Source: Catajapyx aquilonaris (Eukaryota). Taken from it: a stretch of DNA of 64,000 nt. This document shows, piece after piece, positions 53,966-64,000 of the stretch. The stretch is taken from assembly GCA_000934665.2 (NCBI GenBank), contig KZ538243.1:1-64000 (forward strand), given 5' to 3'. The first letter of the stretch is position 1. Every line of letters starts with the position of its first letter. A program made the position numbers and the translations under genes. A model generated the notes under the pieces. It saw only the letters and a list, made by a program, of their open reading frames with translations, was not told where the DNA came from and did not search any database.

Positions 53966-56813
53966 TTAACATAAACCGCCAGACTCCAAAAAACTCTCAA
54001 TAAAATTAGCCACATCTTCTGCTGTTGACCTGTCCTCAGGGTCACGTTTGCACATTTTATTCAGCAGATGCTGCCTATGGATGTCGTTGTGCCGTTTAAA
54101 TTGCTCAGGTAAATAATCGTCCTCAGTCTTCAATCTGGAGAAGTTAATAATTAACTCGTCGTTTTTGAAAAAAGCGGAGAAAGGTGTCAGTCCTTCGAAG
54201 AAAATCACGCCAAGCGAGAAGATGTCAGTCTTACGACCATATCTACTTCCAGTCCACTGCTCAGGACTCACGTAGTTAGTAGTGCCTCGGTATTTCGTAT
54301 GGTCCACATTTGAGAGGTTGTGCATCGGGACACCTGCCACTTCTTTAGTTATTCCTAAATCAGCTACCTTGACCTGATCATTAGTACACAGCAATATGTT
54401 TGCAGGCTTCAAGTCTCTATGTATGAACATTTTGCTATGAATGTACTGAACTGCTGACACAACTTGCCTGAAGTATTGCATGAACTTGTCACTGTCCACG
54501 TTGTACCTCTTCCTATCAATATACTGTTTCAGCGTATCATGTTCGCAAAGTTCCATACTAATGTACAAATAACGGGAATTTCTACCGTAGAAGCTGTACT
54601 GACTTGCATCAAATTGACGTTTCAGGTATCTGGCATCCCAAGCTATTTGATCATCTCTATCTGCATTCTCTATCCAAGACTCAAAATATGTTATGATGTT
54701 CTTGTGCTTCAAAGTTTTCATTGCTTCTACTTCTCTCATCATCTTATCGATGTCTTTTTTGCTAAAAGGATCTGATGTGTTGGGATTAGTTTCAGCCAAT
54801 CGAATACGTTTGATGGCGCTCCTATGACCATTGCTTTTGTGCTGCACTCCGAATGCCACTCCAGATGCACCAACTCCAAGGAATCCCGAAATCTTGAATG
54901 TCTTGTCGCAGTACCCTTCTCGGATGGAGACAACAGATGCAGGACTAGAGTTTCTAAGCATGTGTAAGATGCATAACATTATCACTTTGAAACATACTAA
55001 TGAAAGGACAGTACAGCAGAAGTATCACTAACTAAAAGCTTACCTTGATTCATTTTCTTCCACTTCCTCGGTTGAGACGTTATAACAGTAAGTTAAATAA
55101 ATCATATGGCATATTTATAAATTTTATCGAGTACAGTATACTGTAATTAATACGTAAGAGCGCATAAAAGGAAGAGGTATGAAAGGAAGTAATTAACATG
55201 GCAAATGTAAGTGAAAATTGCTGTTTTTGAAATGTTCTTGCAAAATTATTTAGTACCTCTGGAACTGTGCTTCATCACGTTCTGCTGTACATCTGGACCC
55301 TTCGCCTTGTCCCTCTAAATTATCTTCAGAGGAGATTCTGAAATTCAGAATGCAGCAATATTAAAATATTGGCAATGTGGCGGTAGTAAAAATTTAGAGC
55401 ATTCCCTCTTTAGTAATTGCGAATTTCAAATATGAAATTATCCAAACTGATTTTATCCATGTCGATGTCATTAAGGATTTGCATGTTATCTTATTACAAT
55501 TGTCATATTATAATTATGGGAATAATAATATTCCATACATTGCGGGTTATCCCTCTGGCAGATGCCTTGTGCAGATGAGTCTGGAGTGCTCCTGAACTGG
55601 AGGTTGCAGCAAGCAAATCATAGAGCTTTACCTTGCTCTCACTATCAACTGTGAATTTACTCTGACAGTGTAGCCTACTTACTATCTCTAATGGAAACCG
55701 GTTTAGTATGAAAAATTCACAGGATGGAACAACACTGCACATTATTTCAGAAAATTCTTCCAACAAATCTTTAGGATAAGTATATATGATATACCATTCT
55801 GAAGAAGAGAGGATAACTTTATGTTTGAGGGGAAGGGTCATTTAGCTCCTCCAAGCTAGGTTACAATATAATTATTTTCGTGATGAGTACCGTAATTACT
55901 GTGATTACAATTAAATTTGAAGTGAAAATGTATCTATGAAGTGTTAATTGCTGTCACTACTAATCCCTTACAATCATATTATACTATAGTTGACGGCAGA
56001 GGAAGCATAATTATTGTGTCAGACGCACCTCATGCGTGGTAGGATGCAAGCCTTCAAGGATATGTTAAACTACATGGCAAACAGTCAATTATCACATCGT
56101 CAGTAACGAGCCTGCAGAGACCAAACGGCGCCTTTGCCTAAGTGATTTTATGGTAAACATAAATTCGCCCTAAGGTTTGTCGGAATCCTTATGAAACACC
56201 ATGAAGGCTACGGTAGGCTACTATATCACATTTTAAGAATATAGTGTGCAATATTACTCTATAGCTCATAATATTCTCAGTCTCTGACTCTCTGGAACAG
56301 AAAGAAACAAATGCTCCCAATGTATTACCTGTTACTGATACCCACTATGAATCGCACCGTCTCATCCTGGTCGTGTTTAACAGCAAGAGAACGTGGAGTC
56401 TCGGATCTGTCGTTCATTCTCTCGACATCAGCGCCGTATCTTATAAGCATTCTTAAAACCACTAATCGTCCATTCTTAGCTGCGTAATGAATCGGTGTTG
56501 ATCCCTCGTTGTCCTCTTTGTCCACCTGGCCCCCCCTTTTGATAAGCTCCTCACAAATTTCAACAGATCCTGCTTCGGCTGCTAATGACAAGGCGGTTCG
56601 TCCATTGTTGCATTGTGCATTAACATCAGGGTTTTACTCGAGCAGCTTCATGCAGAAGTGCAAGTGTCCTCTTCTGGCAGCCACCATTAATGGTGTTTCA
56701 TATTCGTTGTTTCTTGCATCGACATCTGCTCCGTTTTCCACTAAACTGGTTATAAGGTTCGCTGATCCACGTACTGCTGCCTCCAGTAGACATTGACTCA
56801 TGTTGGACGCCAT
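53966..56813 (-). CDS. K2: ankyrin-repeat + eIF2-alpha-kinase-family fusion gene (517 codons); kinase exon open, one in-frame TAA in the ankyrin exon
   Basis: Exon 56813-56329 encodes 4-5 ANK repeats (LLEAAVRG..NGADVDARN; ETPLMVAARRGH; GRTALSLAAEAG; GSTPIHYAAKNG..YGADVE) and ends AG|gtaata. It is followed by linker exon 55337-55257 (81 nt) and kinase exon 54953-53966 (988 nt; HRDLKPAN, DLG, GTTNYVSPEQ). All junctions are phase 2 and in frame. The TAA is at 56636-56634 (codon 60). Confidence 0.75.
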
Positions 56814-57979
56814 TTGAAGCGGCCTTACCTATCTGGCTCGTATCGGAAGTGCTGCACCTGTGAAAGAGTTTTACACACAAAAATTGTAAAATGGCCAGAC
56901 TACCTCCTTTCAGCACAATTGAGTTGGTCGGTGAATGAGTTACAAAGAGTAAGTGATGACAAGCAGCATAGAGTTATTTTCTATCCCAATGTAGCCATTA
57001 TCAATTATTCAATTCGAAGAACCGCTTCCTATTTCTGCTGTGATAAGGCTCTCAGCAGTCCATGGTTAATCCCATCAGTTAGCTTGAATTGATGTATAAC
57101 AGATTATAGACCATACCCAGCCTGCATAAGGATAATATACTTCGTTAATAAAAACATTATCTTCCAATCTCATACAGACTCGTAACATTACTATAGGCAG
57201 CATTATCTTCACGATAAATGCCTTGGTAATGACTAATGAGATATATTACTGGTCTTGAAGGCTGTTCTCCCGCAGTACCATGTAGGAAATTTCCTGCAAA
57301 ATACTGTACAGCGTACAACATCCTGCACAGATACTTGTACAGTATTTGTTATTCTTTCACAATGATTAGTTACCGTTGAGGGATAGATACAGTTTCTTTC
57401 ACAATGATACCGTATCCCTCAGCAACTGGCAAACACAGCTTCAGGTGGATATAATTATGTAATAAATAATAATTTACCTCATATTACGTATATCTCTTTT
57501 TTGCATACCGTAGACGGTTTTCAAATATCTTGCCTTCAACCATACGTTATGCACACCTTGTCAAATAAATACATTATCTTCGCCCCCCAAAAATGCTACT
57601 GAAGTCATAAGGGTGAAAGGAAACAAATGCCTTACATGCAAGGGACTCTCATGATTTCGGTTGGTTCCTTTTTCAAACTTATGCCGTGCGTGCAGTCACA
57701 GTTCGGTAGAATACAATCAGGAAACCAATAACGTCACTGGTGAGCCGATTATTATTTTGCTAGCCAACAACAGAGAGGCTATTTGTAAATTACTTACCTC
57801 AACAATACGGCTACAGTCATAACCAGCTTCTAAATCTTAACCGCTATGTTGTGAAACTGAGAGACAGGGGATATCAACACCCTTATCGACAGCGTTGACA
57901 AATTTCTCACAAACTTGTACGTATGGCGTCTGAGTTCTAAGTCGTAGATTTTAGATGTGTATACATGTATTACTTTCCG

Positions 57980-58028
57980 CTTCTGCTAAAAGATAAGATG
58001 CTGTTGAACATCATCTTTTTAGCAGAAG
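57980..58028. repeat. short imperfect hairpin
   Basis: CTTCTGCTAAAAGAT..GATG pairs with CATCATCTTTTTAGCAGAAG. Confidence 0.6.
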
Positions 58029-58472
58029 AGTGGACCATGCTGGAAATGACTACCAGGAAGTATCTGCTTTCAGACTGGCAAATAGGTTTTCAAATTCTCG
58101 GTAAAGATAAGAGGAATTTATCAGAGATCTCCTGACCCTTCATTATTTTTATACCATATATGCACGCTAATGGTCGCCGATTTTTTGTTAATTCACAGAA
58201 CTGATTATATGAACAACTACACCAGTCATTATCATCATCTGGTGTAAATAATAGACATCCTTGCAGTCAGAGAAATTATACCACGTGGAATAATGTGACA
58301 AGCGTCTACAAAAACGTATAGTCATTCGATATGATAAAAAGTACATGCTACTGCACAGTACATTTCCTTTGCAACTCGTAACGAGGCAGCTGCTTTATTA
58401 TGAACCCCATTAAATATGTGACTCTTACCAAATCCTGGTACAACAATATCTTGCACATGTCTATAAGTCAGG

Positions 58473-58748
58473 TTAACATAAATAGCCAAACTCCCCAAAA
58501 AAAAACTTTCAAATCAAATTAGGCACATCTTCTGCGGTTGATCTTTCCTTACAGTCACACTTGCACATCAACTTCAGCAGCTTCTGCCTGTGGATGTCGT
58601 TGTGCTGTATAAATTGCTCTGGTAAATAAAATAATGTCCTCAGTCTTTAATCTGGGGAAGTCAGTGATCAACTCCTTGTTTGAGAATGTTGGCGGAAAAA
58701 GGTGTCAGTCCTTCGAAGAAAATTGCACGGAGCGAGAAAATGTCAGTC
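58473..58748 (-). pseudogene. K4: frameshifted C-terminal remnant of a K1/K2-like kinase exon
   Basis: It matches the K1/K2 3' ends at the nucleotide level (AAGGTGTCAGTCCTTCGAAGAAAAT, CCTCAGTCTT.AATCTGG, TTGCACATCA.CTTCAGCAGC, stop context TTAACATAAA). It contains indels and no N-lobe. Confidence 0.85.
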
Positions 58749-59050
58749 ATCTCGCTATCCTGATGTACAGTACTTTCATGAACCAGTTGTTATTATGTAA
58801 CAATTCCCTAAAAATATTTGCTTATTACTGTAAAATCCACACTTACCTGTGTTAAATATGGAGTCATTTATTTGCCTAAAGTGAGTCTATAACAACAAAA
58901 AAATTACATCACAATACACCATTATCTATCATGCTGTGAGATCTACCTCGGATCTACCAAGAGCTTATTAGCTCTTGGATCTACGTAAGGTCTTCCTAAG
59001 AGGAAATAAATAAAGCACAATACTGGTACATACTCCACACATTTACATAA

Positions 59051-60876
59051 TCAATATTTAATGTCAAACTCTTTGTCAATGTAATTAGCAACATCTTCCA
59101 CCGTTGGCCGTTTCTTAGGGTCACATTCGCACATACTCTTCAACAACTTTTGCCAATGGGTGGGATTGTGATTTGCAAATTCTGCAGGCATGTAGTCGTC
59201 CTGGCTTTTCAACCTGGTAAAAATTATGCTCAATTCGCTGCGTGAAAACGTACTGGGAAAAGGTGTCAGGCCCTCGAAGAAAATTGCCCTTAGAGCAAAG
59301 ATATCAGTCTTCCGGCTGTAATTAGTCCCAGTAAGTTGTTCAAGACTAATGTAATCGATAGTTCCTGTCTGCTCAGTGTGGGCCATGTTTGAGAGGCTGT
59401 GTATTGCAGCTCCAGCAACAGCCTTCGTCACTCCAAAATTAGCTACTTTCACGTGATCATCAGTGAACAGCAGTATGTTTGCTGGCTTCAGGTCTCTGTG
59501 CATGAATCCTTTCCCATGGATGTACTGAACTGCTGACACAATCTGTCTAAAGTATTTCAAGAACTTGCAGCTGTCCACCTTTGACCTATTGGCTTCAATG
59601 TACCATTGCAGGGTATTCTTTTCACAAAGCTCCATCCTGATGTACAAGTAGATTGTGCTTCCATCTAAAAAGTTGTACTGATTCACATTAATTGAGTTCT
59701 TGACGTTTTCAACATCCCAAGCCCTTTGCTCGTGTGTGCCAGATTTTTCTAACCAAGATTCATAGTATGACACAATTGTTTGTGCTTGAAGTCTTTCATG
59801 ACCAATACTTCCCTCATCATCTGCTTCATACTACCTTTGTCACCTGGTTGTGATGGCAAGGATTTCTGATCCACACAAATTCGCTTAATTGCACTCTTTC
59901 GATGTGTGACTTTGTTAACTGCTTTGAAGACTACTCCGTATGCACCACGACCAAGATAATCTTGACTCTTGAACGTCTTCTCACAGTAACCATTTTTGAC
60001 TGGTATAATTCCTGCTGGTGCTAGACTTTTCCTGTGAAAATACAGTGATATCCAAGGAACATAAACTTGGAATTCTCATCAGTATCATACCAACTATTGC
60101 GTTTATGTACATACATTTACTTCGTGGCTTTGTAGACAGCCAGTGCATAATTTTCCATCTCATTCAAAAAGTACTGTAGCAGAAGGCTACATTACACATG
60201 AATCAGATTCAATATGGCATGTTAGCAGGGATCAAGTTGCAAATAGATTAGGCCATAATGATGTGATTATTTGAAAGCAAATAAAATTACATTTTATAGA
60301 CTCTGGTAATAAAGTGCAGTATTTCTGGCTAATAAAATATTGAGAGCTGACAGAGAACACTTACACCTCTTCAAACTTCTGTGAGACAGGTCTTGGAGCT
60401 TTCTTGGTCTGATGCCATAACCTGCAGATAATTTAGGTTTACAATACTACATGATAAGCTTTAGTCATTTTTGATATTTTTGGCCATGTGGCCAGAAAAC
60501 TTGGCCTATGATCTACGACCTAAGTTATGTAAGCTGCACAGAAATTCGACTCACACATTTTGACCTTGCCTGGAATCTATCATGACCGTCTGAGTGGGTC
60601 CATTTCAGATTATCAGATACTTCTTAACCAGGTTCTCAGATCCGTCGCTTACTTCATCATGGGTTTTACCACCAAAGGAACCATTAACAACTTCTCTACA
60701 TGCTGCTGCATTACAGTTTTTAGCTTCATAAGTATTATAACCAACAGTAAATGGTGTAGTAGCCAAATGGTGGATTGTGCCCACCTTAGATTTTTTAAAT
60801 AATATTGGGAGGCCACCAGTTGCCATTATGATGATCAAACAAAACATTTGTTGAAGTCATAAGACATAGCACAGAC
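59051..60876 (-). pseudogene. K3: more divergent eIF2-alpha-kinase-family paralogue, pseudogenised
   Basis: The kinase exon 60031-59051 (phase-2 acceptor; GRGAYGVV, SAIKRI, MMREV) has a 1-nt frameshift near 59777, DFG changed to NFG and SPE changed to SLE. Linker exon 60421-60365 is 57 nt, phase 2-2. Upstream exon 60876-60555 encodes MFCLIIIMATGGLPILFKKSK.. with an in-frame TGA at 60607-60605. Confidence 0.8.
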
Positions 60877-61780
60877 CTGGAAGATAACAAATTAGGTATA
60901 TGCCCTGTGAAGCTGGTGAACAACTTGGTACATTACGACATACTGTACCTGCTGCGTGGCTGAGGAAGGCATAACTAATGCAGTGCAACACTTGCACTCT
61001 CTCCCAAATATACTGTTTAAACTATCAGGAAAAATCAAATAGTGATAAAGATACTGTAGGTGTGCCAGTCTATTATTATAAGATAGCTTGAGTTATTCTG
61101 GTTGCTCCAAAGTTGACATGAGGACTATTCAGGAAGGACATCTGATTACTTGAAGTATGTAAACTGCTATTCCATATAACCTTATGTGCAACTGTGCAAG
61201 TGCAGTGCACTACTTTTCTAAATTACGCTTAATTTAATGTAATGTGAAGTGACTGATTGCAAGTTCTCTGTAAGAATGTACTGAAAATTTCAGTTCACGT
61301 AACCTATGCAGCTATTGTTATTAAGACTTTCTTAGTAATGGCAATAATAGTGATGACATTTGGAATTTCAAAGATGCAGCTGAAACAGAACTGCAGGTTA
61401 CACTGGCACTTCCTCATTCCAGGTATTTTCAGCTTATTGATATTAAGAGATAATGCAGACTGTGAGATACTAATAAACACGAGGTCATAGTTATGATGAC
61501 AAAAAAAAAATTGAAATGCTTAAGCATAACATGGCGAAATGATTGGCTTCTGCAGATATCAAATTAAGGCATTTACTGCAGCTAGTAGTGAAGCAGCATT
61601 TCACTGCGGCAATTTCGATTCATTAGTGTGTACTCTGTGCTCTGTGCATATCATTTCCAATAATAATAATTGATGAAAGGTTGAGTACATGATAGGCAGA
61701 GCAACTTAAAAATTATCACAAGCCTGCTGCATATTACATGTATTACAGAACAATAACAAATATTATGGTCCTACGGTACA

Positions 61781-62010
61781 CTTTAATTGATATTTAAGGA
61801 GGTTGGCCCAGCATTTGCCATTCAACCTCCAAGGATAGGGAAGGAAGGAAGCGGCTGTGGCCTATTATACGGAAGCGACCCCGGAATTATCCTAGAAAGA
61901 CTGTGGAAAACCACAGAAAACCACGGTCAAGGTTGCCGGCCCCGGGATTTGAACCCAGGACCTCCCGATTAGCAGTCGGACGCCTTATCCACTATGCCAA
62001 CCTGCTTCGG
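61781..62010 (-). mobile_element. tRNA-derived SINE with family-B head and core but a different 3' tail
   Basis: It has the same CCGAAGCAG head and core as 52611. The 15-bp TSD TGGTCCTACGGTACA lies at 61766-61780 and 62011-62025. Confidence 0.9.
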
Positions 62011-62970
62011 TGGTCCTACGGTACAGTGATCTTCAATTTCATGGACTGAGTCGTATAAAATTGTAATATCACATTCTGCTGATAGATTTAACTACTGGAC
62101 AATGATAAAATAAACCAAGGCTACTGCTGAGTCAATGTGTGTGGCATCCTCAGATATGGTATAACATTGCACTGTGCAAACTGAACTAAACAGGTGTCCT
62201 TCACAGTCATGTCATTGCCACTCCTTTATTGACATACACGAATATCAGCATGCTTCTACTTACAAGATGTAACAGGTAATGCTACCTTTACCAGATCCTT
62301 TTTTATAATTATTCTGCCTCATATATTGAAAATCTATTCACAATTTCAAATACTGTAACCCTAGGGCATTGAAAACGCCCCTGCAGATAAAATTGACGGA
62401 ATCGCCCAATTTAAACATAGTAGCAGAGTATTTCAGATGCATTCCAGTATGACTCTGCTTGCATTGTGTGGCGCCAGGTTGACAGCGCACATAGAAATGA
62501 GAGGTGACCTATTTTCTTTCGGTACACCCTGACCAGGTGGCCATACCCACTGGAAGGAAGCTCTCAGTGTCCACCTGTCAGAGATACGAACTACTCTGTA
62601 ACAAAATCAGTCAATTAAGGTCCTTCGATACATCAAACTTGTCTTTAGAACTGAATGGGTCCACTACATACAGGTCTCACAGTATTAATTTAATAATTTT
62701 AAAATATGAATAGGGCCTGCGAGGCATAGCATAGGCAGTTATTAGTGCTTCTAGGTCTGTGATACAGCAAGAAACCTTACGTCCATGGGCAGGGTAAAAT
62801 GCAAGGTGCAGATGCAATGTCGGTCTGGGTCACCAAGGGTTTGGTACGGTTTGGAACCACTAGTTTTACCTGATAATGTGAACATCCTTTTGGCAATTAT
62901 TTTAAGGTAATGAAGACAAACTCCTCACATTAAAAATGCACTTGCCTTCTCAGTTTTAATTAAAAGCAGT

Positions 62971-63834
62971 TTATGTGTTACTTCCATCACCCAATACAAC
63001 TTCCTCAACTTTCCCCTCCTTCTTTCTTCTTACGGCTTCTTCATATGGTGGGTGTATTGGAACCTGTGTTGGTTCATGATACTCATACTTCTTCTCCCCA
63101 ATTTCCAAAGGATAGGTCACATCAGAATCCCATCCACTCAAGTCTCCACACACAACAAATGGGACAATCTTCTTGTTAGGTCCTTCTAAGGCATTCAAAT
63201 CCAACTGGTCATTACCCAGCAGAGGGTTCAGCATTGTCGGTATGTATCCTTCCGGTGGTGAATACTTACGACAAACGACAAATGCTTCGATGCTCGAGTT
63301 CCTCGAGCTCTTAGGTTTACAAATGGAGACGTCTTTAAAAAAGCAATGCATCTGTGCATACAGCGGGGTCATGTCCTTGCCTCTGAACATCTTGGCCACA
63401 AACGAACCATTTGGTTTCAGTATATGCGTGGTTATGTTCAAAGCAGCCAACAAGAGCTGCGCCTGCACATATATATCCATGCTGTGGTAGCCAGTCACAT
63501 CCGGAGCACCATCGGATACTACAAGATCAGCCTTCTCACCCTCAAAGTGTCCAATTATTTCCTGCGCCGTGGACAGCTTGGTGATGTCACCTTGCAACTG
63601 GATTACTCCTGGAATAGGCGACATGGACTGCAGGTCCACTGCTACTATTTTGATCATCCTAGGGTCAGCCGCAGCACCTCTGAAAATGAGATCCCATTCA
63701 GTTACTCCAGTCACAAAAAGCAAGCAATCCTGGCCCTTGAAAAGTCCACTGGAAGTGAACTTACCGCAACTTCTTTGACAGGACTTGGCTCCAGCTTCCT
63801 GGTGCCGCACAGAGGTCGACCACTCTGGTAACAC
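62971..63834 (-). CDS. FTSJ1: tRNA (cytidine32/guanosine34-2'-O)-methyltransferase FTSJ1/Trm7, last two exons (5' part outside the window)
   Basis: Exon 63834-63765 ([23 protein letters not shown]) splices to exon 63679-62971 ([81 protein letters not shown]). These are diagnostic Trm7 motifs. Confidence 0.93.
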   Translation of the reverse strand: MLPEWSTSVRHQEAGAKSCQRSCGKFTSSGLFKGQDCLLFVTGVTEWDLIFRGAAADPRMIKIVAVDLQSMSPIPGVIQLQGDITKLSTAQEIIGHFEGEKADLVVSDGAPDVTGYHSMDIYVQAQLLLAALNITTHILKPNGSFVAKMFRGKDMTPLYAQMHCFFKDVSICKPKSSRNSSIEAFVVCRKYSPPEGYIPTMLNPLLGNDQLDLNALEGPNKKIVPFVVCGDLSGWDSDVTYPLEIGEKKYEYHEPTQVPIHPPYEEAVRRKKEGKVEEVVLGDGSNT

Positions 63835-64000
63835 CTGAAACATACAATCCAACTTTACTTTCAGGAACTGCCCACGAGCACTCAATCTTAGTGTCATTGT
63901 CTTTACGTGCTGATCTTATGATGCAATGTGCAGAAACTTGCATATGGCCTAAGAAGGTGCCCAATATTACATTTTTTAAATGCATAAAAATCATTTAGGC

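Noticed and set aside
63680..63897. N-terminal part of the 308-aa ORF 62971-63897 as the FTSJ1 N-terminus
   Set aside because: It reads through an intron. The real upstream exon (63834-63765, DLCAAPGSW) is in another frame.

Overview
Eukaryotic, intron-rich genomic DNA from an invertebrate (probably an arthropod; this is inferred from gene families and SINE content), with one assembly gap. The left two thirds hold an 11-exon + strand gene (14314-37062, 13.5-kb first intron). It encodes a secreted, probably GPI-anchored Cys-rich repeat protein (DUF7042/7043/7044-like by my recognition) with an 864-nt mucin-like candidate cassette exon inside its last domain. A small Ser/Thr-rich signal-peptide gene follows (39503-45450). 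The main discovery is at 47696-60876 on the - strand: a tandem cluster of eIF2-alpha-kinase-family (PKR/PERK-like) genes. One intronless kinase exon (988 nt in K1 and K2, 981 nt in K3, always with a phase-2 acceptor) is joined to unrelated N-terminal modules. K1 has a single-pass membrane anchor and is intact. K2 has ankyrin repeats with one in-frame TAA. K3 has another hydrophobic module and is a pseudogene, and K4 is a C-terminal remnant. K1 and K2 share a 391-bp identical tract. The window ends in the 3' exons of FTSJ1/TRM7. tRNA-derived SINEs with swapped tails, MITEs and microsatellites are scattered throughout. All gene models were read by eye from splice signals and reading frames; no database searches were run.
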